Assembly: GCF_963921235.1 (NCBI RefSeq)
Contig: NC_086097.1
Location: forward strand, 143,406,001-143,470,000
DNA length: 64,000 nucleotides
Direction: 5' to 3'
From: Mobula hypostoma
Lineage: Eukaryota
Part shown: positions 14,600 through 29,009 of the stretch, piece after piece
Numbering within the stretch: the first letter of the stretch is position 1
Layout: each line of letters opens with the position of its first letter
Position numbers and translations under genes: made by a program
The notes under the pieces: generated by a model
What the model was told of the DNA's origin: nothing
The model's input: the letters and a program-made list of their open reading frames with translations, nothing else
The model's database searches: none

Positions 14600-16710
14600 T
14601 AGACCATAAGACCATAAGACAAAGGAGCAGAAGTCAGCCATTCGGCCCATCGAGTCTGCTCCGCCATTTTGTCATGAGCTGATCTATTCTCCCATTTAGT
14701 CCCAATCCCCCGCCTTCTCACCATAACCTTTGATGCCCTGGCTACTCAGATACCTTTCAATCTCTGCCTTAAATACACCCAATGACTTGGCCTCCACTGC
14801 CGCCCGTGGCAACAAATTCCATAGATACACCACCCTCTGGCTAAAAAAATTTCTTCGCATCTCTGTTCTGAATGGGCGCCCTTCAATCCTTAAGTCATGC
14901 CCTCTCATACTAGACTCCCCCATCATGGGAAACAACTTTGCCTCATCCACTCTGTCCATGCCTTTCAATATTCAAAATGTTTCTATGAGATCCCCCCTCA
15001 TTTTTCTAAACTCCAAGGAATACAGTCCAAGAGCGGACAAACGTTCCTCATATGTTAACCCTCTCATTCCCAGAATCATTCTAATGAATCTTCTCTGTAC
15101 CCTCTCCAAAGTCAGCACATCCTTTCTTAAATAAGGAGACCAAAACTGCCCACTGTACTCCAAGTGAGGTCTCACCAGCGCCTTATAGAGCCTCAACATC
15201 ACATCCCTGCTCCTATACTCTATTCCTCTAGAAATGAATGCCAACATTGCATTCGCCTTCTTCACCAGCGACTCAACCTGGAGGTTAACCTTAAGGGTAT
15301 TCTGCACGAGGACTCCCATGTCCCGTTGCATCTCAGAACTTTGAATTCTCTCCCCATTTAAATAATAGTCTGCCCGTTTATTTCTTCTGCCAAAGTGCAT
15401 AACCATACACTTTCCAACATTGTATTTCATTTGCCACTTTTTTGCTCATTCTTCCAATCTATCCAAGTCTCTCTGCAGACTCTCTGTTTCCTCAGCACTA
15501 CCGGCCCCTTCACCTATCTTCGTATCATCAGCAAACTTAGCCACAAAGCCATCTATTCCATAATCCAAATCATTGATATACAACATAAAAAGAAGCAGCC
15601 CCAACACGGACCCCTGTGGAACACCACTGGTAACCGGCAGCCAACCAGAATAGGATCCCTTTATTCCTACTCTTTGTTTCCTGCCAATCAGCCAACGCTC
15701 TATCCACGTATGTAACTTTCCTGTAATTCCATGGGCTCTTATCTTGTTAAGTAGCCTCATGTGTGGCACCTTGTCAAAGGCCTTCTGAAAATCCAAATAT
15801 ACAACATCCACTGCATCTCCCTTGTCTAGCCTACTGGTAATTTCCTCAAAAAATTGTAATAGGTTTGTCAGGCAGGATTTTCCTTTAAGGAAACCATGCT
15901 GAGTTCTGGCTATCTTGTCATATGCCTCCAGGTACTCCGTAACCTCATCCTTGACAATTGACTCCAACAACTTCCCAACCACCGATGTCAAGCTAACAGG
16001 TCTATAATTTCCTTTTTGATTCTTTGCCCCCTTCTTAAATAGCGGAGTGACATTTGCAATCTTCCAGTCCTCCAGAACCATGCCAGAATCTATGTACTTT
16101 TGAAAGATCATTGCTAATGCCTCTGCAATCTCCACAGATACTTCCTTCAGAAAACGAGGGTGCATTCCATCTGGTCCGGGAGATTTATCTACCTTTAGAC
16201 TATTCAGCTTCCTGAGTACTTTCTCTGTCGTAATTGTGACTGTGCACACTTCTCTTCCCTGCCACCCTTGAGTGTCCGGTATACTGTTGATTTCTTCCTC
16301 AGTGAAGACTGATGCAATATACTCATTCAGTTCCTCCGCCATCTCCTTATCTCCCATTACAATTTCTCCAGCATCATTTTCTATCGGTCCTATATCTACT
16401 CTCACCTGTCTTTTACTCTTTATATATTTGAAAAAGCTTTTAGTATCCTCTTTGATATTAGTTGCTAGCTTCCTTTCATAGTTCATCTTTTCCCTCTTAA
16501 TGACCTTCTTAGTTTCCTTTTGTAAGGTTTTAAAAACTTCCCAATCCTCTGTCTTCCCACTAATTTTTGCTTCCTTGTATGCCCTCTCCTTTGCTTTAAC
16601 TTTGGCTTTGACTTCTCTTGTCAACCAGGGTTGCATCCTTTTTCCACTCAAAAATTTCTTCTTTTTTGGAATATAGCTGTCTTGCACCTTCCTCATTTCT
16701 TGCATAAACT
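14600..16710 (-). mobile_element. CR1 LINE, 5'-truncated ORF2
   Basis: ORFs 15446-16705, 14972-15430, 14696-14968 encode a colinear CR1 RT; (cttatggt)n tail at ~14600. Confidence 0.92.
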
Positions 16711-18386
16711 TGCAGGAGTTTAGAAGAATGAAGGAAGATCTTAGAGACAGAGTGGACGTGGAGAGAATATTTCCACTAGTGGGAGAGTTTTGGACTAGAG
16801 AGTATAACCTCAGAGTACAAGAAGGTCCCTTTAGAGCAGAGATGAGGAGGAATTTCTTTAACTAGTGAGTGCTGAATCTGTAGAACTCATTCCCACACCT
16901 GGCAGTGGAGGCCAAGTCATTGGGTATAATTAAAAAGGAGGTTAATCTGAACTTAATTAGTATGGGGTTCAAACGTTACTGGGAAAATGCGGTTGAGGGG
17001 GAAAAATCAGCCATGATTAAATCGTAGAGAAGACTTGATGGGCTGAATGGACAATTCTGCTCCTGTTTTATGGTCTTATGATTTATTTCAACTAAATGGC
17101 CTTTTTTCCTTCTCCCCCATCTCCCAATATCTCAAGGGATGTTCTAAAAGCACAGAGGAGCTTGGAGTTGCCCACTAAAACAATAAAATCTCCATAACAG
17201 GTTTAATGCACTTAATTGTCCCAAAGTGTTGTACCAGAACATCAAGCTGATAAGAAAATGTGCTTACAAACATTTCAGGAGCAGAAGCATGCCACTTGGT
17301 CTCCCTGTTCTTCTACTTGACAGCATCATGGCTGATCTGAAGCCAAAAAACAAATCACCGGAGGAACGCAGCAAGACAAGCTGCTGTGGAGGCAGAGATA
17401 TTATTGACATATTGTGTTGCGACCCTGATGCACCATCTCAAGCTGAAATGTTGACCATCCCTCTGCTTCTGCAGATGCTGCCTGACCTATTGAGTTCCTT
17501 CAGCAATTTGTTTGCATTTCAATTTAGAGCTTCTGCTCTCTTGTGTATCCAAGATTAATCTGACAGCAATTACAACTCTGCACTGCCATCTACTCAAGGT
17601 ACTTTTAGGAGGCTTCAAGGAGCTTCCTAAATGTGGAAAGATAGGTAGCCAGAATTCTAAAGTTTAGGGTTTTGACGGTTGCAGGGACATCTGTCTGTGA
17701 TAGAATGATTCAATTAAAGGATTTGCATTGGGAGATCATATCTCTCAGTGAGTTTTAGTGTGGTGGAGATTTCAGAGGTAAGGAGGTTTGATACAATATT
17801 ATTCCAGCATCATATGGCCTTAGCTTTTGGAATTCTCTCCACTGTTGCACATCAGCAAGGCTTTTATTTGCTGTTCCTGTCGCAGGTGGTTGCAGCTCTC
17901 TGTGTGGAGTCCTTTTCAGAATCAAGGTCAGACAGAAAATTCCATTTGTCACCTTAATTTTAAATGTCGTTTATCACAACTCTCGATATGACAACATAAG
18001 AAATAGAGTAATCCATAATGAAAATCGGCCCTTTTGGCCAACTCATTCATGTCAGCCATGGTGCCTGCCAAAGTAATCCCATTTGCCTGCTTTTGACCTA
18101 TATTGCTTGAACACCACTCCTTCCCACCACATCCATATACTTATCCAAATGTCCTCTAAAGTGAAAAAAGATTTATACCCCTTAAACCTGATCTGACATT
18201 TCACCAAGCTCTGACAAATCATCTACCTTGGCTCTATTTCCCTGGACAAGTCTTTAATTCCCTTAACGTTCATACTCTGCTCTGAATGAAATCAAGTACC
18301 AAATCTACATAGCCTTCTAGGGCAGAGAGTTCCAAAGATTCACAGCCCACTGCTTTGCATTCTGCCATTTATTCTGAGACAGTGAT

Positions 18387-19311
18387 ACACACAAAATGCT
18401 GGAGGAACTCAGCAGGCCAGGCAGCATCTATGGTCAAAAGCACAGCCAAGAGGTAATGTTGCAGCTATATAGGACCCTGGTCAGACCCCACTTGGAATAC
18501 TGTGTTCAGTTCTGGTCACCTCACTACAGGAAGGATATGGAAACTATAGAAAGAGTGCAGAGGAGATTTACAAGGATGCCGCCTGGATTGGGGAGCATGC
18601 CTTAAGAGAATAGGTTGAGTGAACTTGGCCTTTTTCCCTTGGAGCGACGGAGGATGATAGGTGACCTGATAGTGGTGTATAAGATGATGAGAGGCATTGA
18701 TCGTGTGGATAGTCAGAGGCTTTTTCCCAGGGCTGAAATGGCTAGCATGAAAGGGCACAGTTTTAAGGTGCTTGGAAGTATGTACAGGGGAGATGTTACA
18801 GGTAAGTTTTTTTTACACAGAGAGTGGTGAGTGTGTTGAATGGGCTGCCGGCGATGGTGGTGGAGGCAGATATGATCGGGTCTTTTAAGAAACTCATGGA
18901 CAGTTACATGGAGCTTAGAAAAATAGAGGGCGATGGGTAACCCCAGGTAATTTCTACGGTAAGGATATGTTTGGTATAGCTTTGTGGGCCAAAGAGCCTG
19001 TATTGTGCTGTAGGTTTTCTATGTTTCTATGTTTCTTAGTCGACATTTTGGGCTGAAACCCTTCGCAGGACTGGAGAGAAAATGCTTAGGAGTAGATGTA
19101 AAAGGTGGGGAGAGAGAAGCACAAGATAATAGGTGAAACCTGAAGGGGAGGGATGAACTAAGGAGCTGGGAAGTAAATTGGTGAACGAGACAGAGGGCTG
19201 TGGAAGAAAGAAAAGGGAAGAGCACCAAAGGGAGGCTATGGGCGGGAAGGAGATAAGGTGAGAGAGGGAAAAGGGGATGCTCAGATTTCCAGCATCTGCA
19301 GCTTTTCCTTG
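18387..19311. mobile_element. Penelope-derived short element (14-bp TSD) containing a CR1 3' fragment (~18438-19035, +)
   Basis: tctgagacagtgat at 18373-18386 and 19312-19325; CR1 motifs LVRPHLEYCVQFWSPHYRKD and a tttctatg tail inside. Confidence 0.8.
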
Positions 19312-20137
19312 TCTGAGACAGTGATCCCTGGTTTGAGGCTCCTCAGCTGGGAGAAACATCATCCCTACATTTACTCTGTCAAGCTCTGAAATAATATTTC
19401 TAAAGTTGATGTACAAAACAATTTATACATCTGAACATTAATAACCATCATATAGGATCTAGAATCTAGGACTGGAGTTACATGGCAACTAATGAAGTGA
19501 GACTAACAGCCAATCGTTTCATAGTAGAGCAATGGTAATGGAACATAGGATAGTACAGAACAGGAACAGGCCCATCACCACACAATTGTGTGCTGAACTG
19601 GCTAAGCTAATAGCACCTAATTAAACCAGTTTCTTCTGTCCATTAATCATTCATATGCTTCCATTCACTGCAAGTTTATGTGTCTATCTAACACCACCAC
19701 ACTGGCAGCTCATTGTGGGACCTGCCACTCTCTCTGTAAAATAAATTTTCCCTGCTCTTACCTTAAAATGCATATTCTCTCGTTCCTGACATGTCTATCT
19801 TGTGAACAGATTCTGGCTCTCCACCCTATATATCCCTCTCATTTTATAAGCTTCTATAAGATGGCCAGCATTTTGTATGTGTTGCTCAGAGTTCCAGCAT
19901 CTGCAGATTTTCTCATGTTCAAGACCAAAGTTGATGGTTGGGGGGAGGGGAAAGTAAAGAAAAATACGTGTATAGAGGAAGTATAAATATGGCAGGTAGA
20001 GTCATTCTGTGAAATTGCTGAACTCAATTAACTCGGTATTGTTCTAGCTTCAACTGTTTGGGCTGTCAGTTCATTACCAAGTTTGTTAACATGAAGGACA
20101 AACTGTACAGGAAGTGAAGTTACTTCAAGATGTACTT

Positions 20138-20316
20138 GCAACATACATCAAAGTTGCTGGTGAACGCAGCAGGCCAAGCAGCATCTATAGGAAGAGGCGC
20201 AGTCGACGTTTCAGGCCGAGACCCTTTGTCAGGACTAACTGAAGGAAGTTCACCAGCAACTTTGATGTATGTTGCTTGAATTTCCAGCATCTGCAGAATT
20301 CCTGTTGTTCAAGATG
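20138..20316. mobile_element. Miniature Penelope-derived element with 28-bp perfect inverted repeats and 15-bp TSD
   Basis: gcaacatacatcaaagttgctggtgaac (20138-20165) is the reverse complement of 20248-20275; ttcaagatgtacttg at 20124-20138 and 20317-20331. Confidence 0.85.
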
Positions 20317-23300
20317 TTCAAGATGTACTTGATTTGTTTTACGAGACTGCCAATACTTGTTCAGGATATGGCAGAGTAGTGTTGGATTGCTTCAATAATG
20401 CCTTTCAAGAAATAGAACCTAGTTCCTTACTGAGGGGGTTTCCAAACTGGGGTCCATGGACACTTCCTCCCCGGTTAATGGATGGGGCCCATGACATAAA
20501 AATGGCTGGCAGCCCCTGCCTTACTGGGTCTCACCCACACAAGAGATTCATCATTAACTCTCAGTTTCATCATACAAAATATGAGCAATAGAAGTGGCCT
20601 TGTCTGTGTCACCTTAATACCAAGAACAAATTGAGAAAGTTTAGAAGACATCAAGGTTGAGAAAATTATACACTAGGATAAACAATAAATTATTATTAGC
20701 ATGCTTCTCTGCATCCGCTGTTATCTTGGGAGAGGAAATGTCGTAGCCTGGAGTGAAACATTAGATTTCCATTGTCGTCAGGAGACAAGAGGCTAAAAAG
20801 GAAAATAGTTTGTTTTATTTTCAAATGGCCTTGTAATGACTTTGCTTTGCAGTAAAATGTAGGAACCAAATAAAAAAGCGGATACCATTGCATAACTTAT
20901 CTGTAATCCAACACTTTAAAATAGACTTTGCAGGTTGAGTTACTGAGGGACAGATGGTGAGCAGACTATTAATTTGTACCCAGTGCTTGATGCCATCAGA
21001 AAGTGCTGACTGACTCCCAATGTGATTTTATTTACACTGAAGTGATGCTTGCCAAGATCAAGGTCATGCCAGGCTCAATTACTCAGCACAACAGATAGGA
21101 TGCTTCTGGCTTCTGTCCTTGCACTTGCTCACATCAAAAGAGCCTACTTGTTTTTTTGGGAAAAAAAGGGAAACAGAGCCCCATTCCTTTCTCATTTTGT
21201 TTTCTAATATTACAATGCAGCCAGCAATTTCTATGAATACCCCTGATGCACTTTGGGAAAAGGTACAGCGCTACACGGGGTTGGATATAAACTGGAAACA
21301 TTGGCTTCCAAACATCCTTTTAAATGACTTTATTCAGCCTGCGTAACAGTTTGCTTCAATCTCATCCCATCCATCTGAGCACAGAAATTAATTAATATCA
21401 TTTCCGGTTAATTCTTCAGAATTCCTGGCAACCTACTCTTCCAGAAGATCTCTATTCAGATCCAAGCATTTATTTAGCCAAGGAACAATGCAGGGTACCA
21501 CAGTATGTGCCAGGGCAAATCTTTACTTCAGCAGCATGCATCTGGAGGTTGAATGGTTGTGGCTGGATTACACAAATAATTCCCTAACACTTATTCCTAG
21601 GTAAAAAGACTTCAAGGGTCATATGCTTGAGCTGTGTAAAGCTCACTTTTATCAAGAAGAAATTATTGAATAGGTTTGTGTGTTGTCATTTCTTACCTTT
21701 AAAAGGGAGGTATACCAGCTCATGGGTAGGATATAAATAAATAATTTTAACATACTAGGTAATATTAACAGTATTGAGACAATTCATTATCCTGGCTTTG
21801 ATCATTTAAGGGACCCAGAAAGGAACATTCAAGAAATTTCTCCCAATTTATCTTGTTTTTTTTGCACTCAACTATGTTGAGTATGGCCTATCTAATCTTG
21901 ATCCTTAAGACATCACAAAAACTAGGATGAGGCTAAAGGAACAAAAAGTTATTTTTCTGGTCAATATAGTTTTCCCCTCCAATTCCCTTCCATTGATTCT
22001 GCTTGATCTGCTAATTCCTCCAGTAGATTGCAACTTTTTTTTGGATGTCTGTCTATACCAAAAGCACAAGTCACAGGGTGATGAGTAGTAGAATTTTGTA
22101 TTCAGTGAGGCAATACAGGGATCAGTCCAAGGGTTCTAGCTGGTTACAATATTTATTGATGACTTGGATGGTGAGATCAGGGATAATACATCCAAGGTTG
22201 ATGATGCAAAGAAAATCCCATATGGACTGTGAGGAAGCTGCAGTAAACCACAGACAGGTAAAATGAATAGGCGAAGGCTAAGTGACAGAATACACAGAAA
22301 ATAAAAAGGCAGGCCACTATGGTAAAGATGCCTTGGAACATGAATCACTGAAAGTTTACATGTAAGGACTTTATGGCAAGGTCGTTTGAGGACAAAAGTA
22401 TAATTGCAGTGGAACATTGTTAAATAGCCATGACAAGACCACATTTGGAATATTGTGCACAGATCTGGTTGCCCCACCCAACGATGATATAATTGAGACA
22501 GAGTGTAATGAAAAGTTTGTTCCCCAATTTGTAGGGAATGAGGTAGATGCAGAAGTGGAAGGGGAAAATAGTTTTGCTGTGGAAGGGAGGTCAGAAGAAT
22601 GAGAGATAATTTCATTGAAACATAAAAGTTCTCTTTTAAAAAACAAAACCGTACTTTAAAAAAGGTAGATGCATTGGTATGAAACAGGGCTAGGTATCCA
22701 CATTAGAAAGGCAGCCATTCAGAGCAGGCCAGAAGAAATCAGTTCATACTGAGAGAAGGAACCCTTTGGAATTTTCTACCAATGGGAAATTGATTGTTAA
22801 ATATATTTGTTTTGATGTTAAATGTATGATTCTTACTATCAACCACTAAAGTTGGTTAAATAAAAGTTCAGGAAAGGGATATGCACAGTTAGGAGAATAT
22901 CTGGCTAAGTTGCCAGGAGGTGGTGGTGCAGGCAGATACATAATGTTCAGAAGTATTTAGGAGAGGTACCTTGTCATTTTCCTATGCAAGGATATGGGCT
23001 TATGGCAGGTAAGCAGGGCTCATGTAGATAGACATCATGGGTAAGATGGGACAAATTCTGTGCTCTTCAAATTTTAAGAGGAGCCTTATATATCCTGAAG
23101 TGAAGAATGATGGAAGAGAGCTTATCAAGCATCCCAGTTTCATTTCAGTGCAAATTTGAGTTACCTTAAAAGGACTACTCCATAGATGAATCAGAAATCA
23201 TGGATTCAAGTCCCATGCAGATGGGAAAAATGTGGTCTAGACCACTGGTTCAATCCCTGCCATTTGTTGGGAGAAAATTTGCAGCCAAGCTCCTGAATGT

Positions 23301-24051
23301 CTAATGTCCAGAGGATTCAAACAGCTATAAGTGGTCATTGTAAGAAGATCTAACATCATTCTGTTCTATATGTTCAGCAAGTCACTCGAAGTAGATAGAC
23401 AACAGAGTCCACCCTAACTAAGAGAGAAGTAGTTTAGTGTTGTCATTTATACGAAGCAGCTCCATAATGTATTACACTATCAAATTTGGGTAATGGATCA
23501 AAAGAAATTCCCCATTTTACAAATTTCATTGTTGTTTCAGTCATACTAGTAGTGACTTGGGAAGGAGGAAAGTAACCAAGAACAAAGTGTGATTTAAGAT
23601 TTATTTACTGTGTTATATAGAGTTCCATACTTTGATAATAACGTACAGATTAGTTCAGATTTGGACATCGAAAAAGGCCATCAAAACACACATTTGGAAG
23701 AAGAGTCAAAAACTGGCAGCCTAGAAGAACAAAGCTTGTACAATATTTAACTGGAGTACTACATTCATTAGACCATTTACATCAATAGCTTGTTGACAAA
23801 GCAGACTGCACTTCTCTTCTTTAAGAGATTCAGTGGGATTCAAGGCAAGTGAAGGATAAAGTTAATACAAGTTATGCCATTGATTAAAAAATTTAATAAA
23901 TATGGATGCAAAGAAAATCAGTTCTGGTAGAAAATAAATGTCACATTGTCAAACCCTAACCATGGGAATTGGCATGTCGAGATCTCATTTCCCGTGCTAA
24001 CTTCCAGAGCACATTTCAGTAGTGTACAGAGAATCTAAAATCATTTCAAGT

Positions 24052-24660
24052 TGTAGAACAGAAAGAGGGCCTTTGACCCTTACGGTCTGTGCCAAACTAT
24101 TAAGCTGCCTCGTGCCATTGACCTATATCCAAACCATACCCTTCCATACCCCTCCCAACCATGTACCTATCCACATTTCTCTCAAGTGTTGACATTGACC
24201 CTGCATCTACTTGCATTGGCAGTTCATTCTACACTCACATCCCCGAGTGAAGAAATTTCCCGTCATTTTCCCCTTAAGCATTTCACCTTTAACCCAAGAT
24301 GTTGAGTTCTAATCTTACCCAACCTCTCTGAAAAAAAAACTTGTTTGCATTTATCCTATCCATACCCCTCAATTTTTTACACCTCTATTAAATCTCCCTT
24401 CCTTCTTCTATGCTCTAGGGAATGAAGTCTTAACCTATTCAATCTTTTCCTATAACTTGGGCACTCAAGTGCTGGAAACATCCTTGTAAATTTTCTCTGC
24501 GTCCTTTCAAGCTTATTGATATATCTCCTCTAGTAAGTGACCAGAACTGCACACAATACTCCAAATTAGGCCTCACCAACATCTTATACAACTTCCACAA
24601 AACTTCCCAACTCCTGTACTCAGTACTTTGATTTATGAAAGCCAATGTGCCAAAAGCTCT
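24052..24660 (-). mobile_element. Decayed CR1 3' fragment downstream of, or within the 3'UTR of, the actin gene
   Basis: LYKMLVRPNLEYCVQFWS translation on minus strand. Confidence 0.75.
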
Positions 24661-25246
24661 GAGACAGCCAAATGCAAATCATCCCTATTTACTTCATCTC
24701 TAAACCCCTTCACTAAAATGTAAGTCTACAATAAGCACACTTTGAAGCGAGCTCAGCAGCAACGTATACTTTGAACAAGCTCATGGAGATGCGAGGAACA
24801 AAATCTACATTTAAAACAGGAAATACAATGAAACTGGTACTGTACAATTTCAAATCATTACCTAACATTTTTTAAAAGAACAAAATTCAGTTGTCACTTT
24901 ACTGCATAGAGATCATGACTAATTGCAAAAAGCTCTCAAGCAAATGTTAGTTGCCCAAGGTGACTTAGAAACCCTTGGTTCCAATTGTGTACACTATGAA
25001 AGAGTTGGTTTAACAATTTTGTACTGCCAATGATCAGCCAAACATGTCAAGGGCAGTGCATGATAATAGAAAGATTTGCAAGGGTGCGTACAATTTTTGA
25101 TAGGACTAAACCAAGACACCTCTAGGCACAAACTGGAAAACCTGCCTACAAGATAGATATCAATACGCATTTCAAACAGCATAGACAAAAAACAAAATTT
25201 AGCAGCTTGAAGAAAATGTTCTACATAGAACACAGCTCAATTAAAC

Positions 25247-26353
<1,107 letters not shown>

Positions 26354-27464
26354 TTACTTTGTCATTTCAGAAATCAGCCAATCAAAGTCAAGGAAATAGA
26401 ACTGCATTTACAATTAAGCAGGGTTTCTTTTGTTTAGGGGTGTTCCCAGCATGGAGTAGACAATTTAAAAGTAAATACATTTTTATAAGTTAGATTTAAA
26501 ATCCTGTATCCTCTAGTTTATAGCCTAGGTGTTTAGACACCATCCCAAAATTTAATAAACTGCAAACTTCAGTTTGAACCTTGGAGGACAGTAAACACAA
26601 ACAGGTTTGTGTACGTCAACTCTTGATGCAAACACAATGTGAAAAAAAAAGGAAATAAAGAACCATATTGATGCACAGGAGTCACTTGCGGGAAGCAAAA
26701 TCTATTGATTTGCAGGTAATGAGAGAGATTCATAATGCAAGCACCTCGGGCAGCCTTGTGCCATCAATAAAAAAAGTTAAAAAAATTATAATCAAGAAAT
26801 ATGAAGATCCAATTGAAAACAGGACAAGAAAATTCTTTCCATCTGATGTAATATGGCATGAAGAAAAATGTATTTCATCAACATTTATTTAATTTCAACT
26901 AGCACCATAAAAGCAACACAATTTTAAATTAATTCTCAGATCCTCCATTTTCAAGAGTTGGCCTTTAAGGAACACTGGACCCAGAAATGTGGTACTAATT
27001 GTAGACAGCAAGCACCATTCAGGTCTCCTAGCAACCCAGAATTTCACATCTTCTGATGAATAAGATTTTGGGCAAGGTGGGAGGGAGTGGAGAAGCAATT
27101 TATTACCCAATCCTATAATAGCTCAATTGACAATAGAATTTTTTTGTTAAATTCTGGACATTTTCAAAAGTAGGGAAGAACCATGCATGTTGGTCTCGGT
27201 ACAAGTCTCCTCTCTCATTAAATAAGCATGCTATTCTCGATCCATTTTTCAAAGACCAGCATTTTGAAAGAAGGGCTTCTAGGCTTTAAAATTTTATTAG
27301 CATTTAATACCAAAGTTATAAAACCATAATAGTGAAATGTAGATTCTAGAATGTTAATCTACACATCTGAAGTGTTAAATCAATAACAGAAATAAGAAAG
27401 AAAATTCAAAAATCTATTAGCCACATATTCAGGTCCAGAGCACAAATGAATTAATTTGTACTCA

Positions 27465-27686
<222 letters not shown>

Positions 27687-27716
27687 TTACATTTGCAATT
27701 GACTAGTAAAGCTTAC

Positions 27717-27765
27717 CTTTGAGAAGGCTCTCATTTAAGACCTCTCTGTACTTAAGATTAAGAAC
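27717..27765 (-). other. Putative non-coding first exon of the actin gene
   Basis: Donor AAAG|gtaagc at 27717/27716, acceptor ttattcctatctgcag| at ~27635; start inferred ~25-30 nt from the TATA box. Confidence 0.5.
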
Positions 27766-27790
27766 ACATTCCTTACCTTAGTCACTGTTC

Positions 27791-27797
27791 TTTTATA
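27791..27797 (-). promoter_or_regulatory. Putative TATA box of the actin gene
   Basis: TATAAAA on minus strand ~180 nt upstream of the ATG and upstream of a consensus splice donor. Confidence 0.55.
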
Positions 27798-28020
27798 CTG
27801 CACAGGGTTCCCGTTCATCTAAAATCACATGAGCCAGGCATAGGGGAGGAGCTAAAAATTAGCTTAACCACACATCATTATATTTATTTTAAACCTGGAA
27901 TTTTCTTGAAAATTGTTTTTCTTTTTATTTGTTACAAATAGAAATGACTGAATCTTTCCTCTAAATCTGGTACTGAGTTTAACCTCTTCGTTGCCTGAAT
28001 TCAATTACCAGGAATATTTA

Positions 28021-29009
28021 GAAACATAGAAACATAGAAAATAGGTGCAGGAGTAGGCCATTCGGCCCTTCGAGCCTGCACCGCCATTTATTATGATCAT
28101 GGCTGATCATCCAACTCAGAACCCCGCCCCAGCCTTCCTTCCATACCCCCTGACCCCTGTAGCCACAAGGGCCATATCTAACTCCCTCTTAAACATAGCC
28201 AATGAACTGGCCTCAACAGTTTGCTGTGGCAGAGAATTCCACAGATTCACCACTCTCTGTGTGAAGAAGTTTTTCCTAATCTCGGTCCTAAAAGGCTTCC
28301 CCTCTATCCTCAAACTGTGACCCCTCATTCTGGACTTGCCCAACATCGGGAACAATCTTCCTGCACCTAGCCTGTCCAATCCCTTTAGGATCTTATACGT
28401 TTCAATCAGATCCCCCCTCAATCTTCTAAATTCCAATGAGTACAAGCCCAGTTCATCCAGTCTTTCTTCATATGAAAGTCCTGCCATCCCAGGAATCAAT
28501 TTGGTGAACCTTCTTTGTACTCCCTCTATGGCAAAGATGTCTTTCCTCAGATTAGGGGACCAAAACTGCACACAATACTCCAGGTGTGGTCTCACCAAGG
28601 CCTTGTACAACTGCAGTAGTACCTCCCTGCTCCTGTACTCGAATCCTCTCGCTATAAATGCCAGCATACCATTTGCCTTTTTCACCGCCTGCTGTACCTG
28701 CATGCCCACTTTCAATGACTGGTGTATAATGACACCCAGGTCTCGTTGCACCTCCCCTTTTCCTAATCGGCCACCATTCAGATAATAATCTGTTTTCCTA
28801 TTTTTGCCACCAAAGTGGATAACTTCACATTTATCCACATTAAATTGCATCTGCCATGAGTTTGCCCACTCACCCAACCTATCCAAGTCACCCTGCATCC
28901 TCTTAGCATCCTCCTCACTGCTAACACTGCCGCCCAGCTTCGTGTCATCCGCAAACTTGGAGATGCTGCATTTAATTCCCTCATCCAAGTCATTAATATA
29001 TATTGTAAA
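28021..29009 (-). mobile_element. Young 5'-truncated CR1, same family as 6793-8573 and 53696-58551
   Basis: Open RT C-terminal frame (FTIYINDLDEGIKCSISKFADD...) nearly identical to the other two copies; same 3' tail. Confidence 0.95.

Larger units (their letters stand above)
13498..17080 (+). mobile_element. Old CR1 RT/3' fragment split by two later insertions
   Basis: DVVYWDFQKA at ~13535, continues 14115-14590, resumes at ~16712 (gagtttagaagaatg) to a 3' tail at ~17080. Confidence 0.75.
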
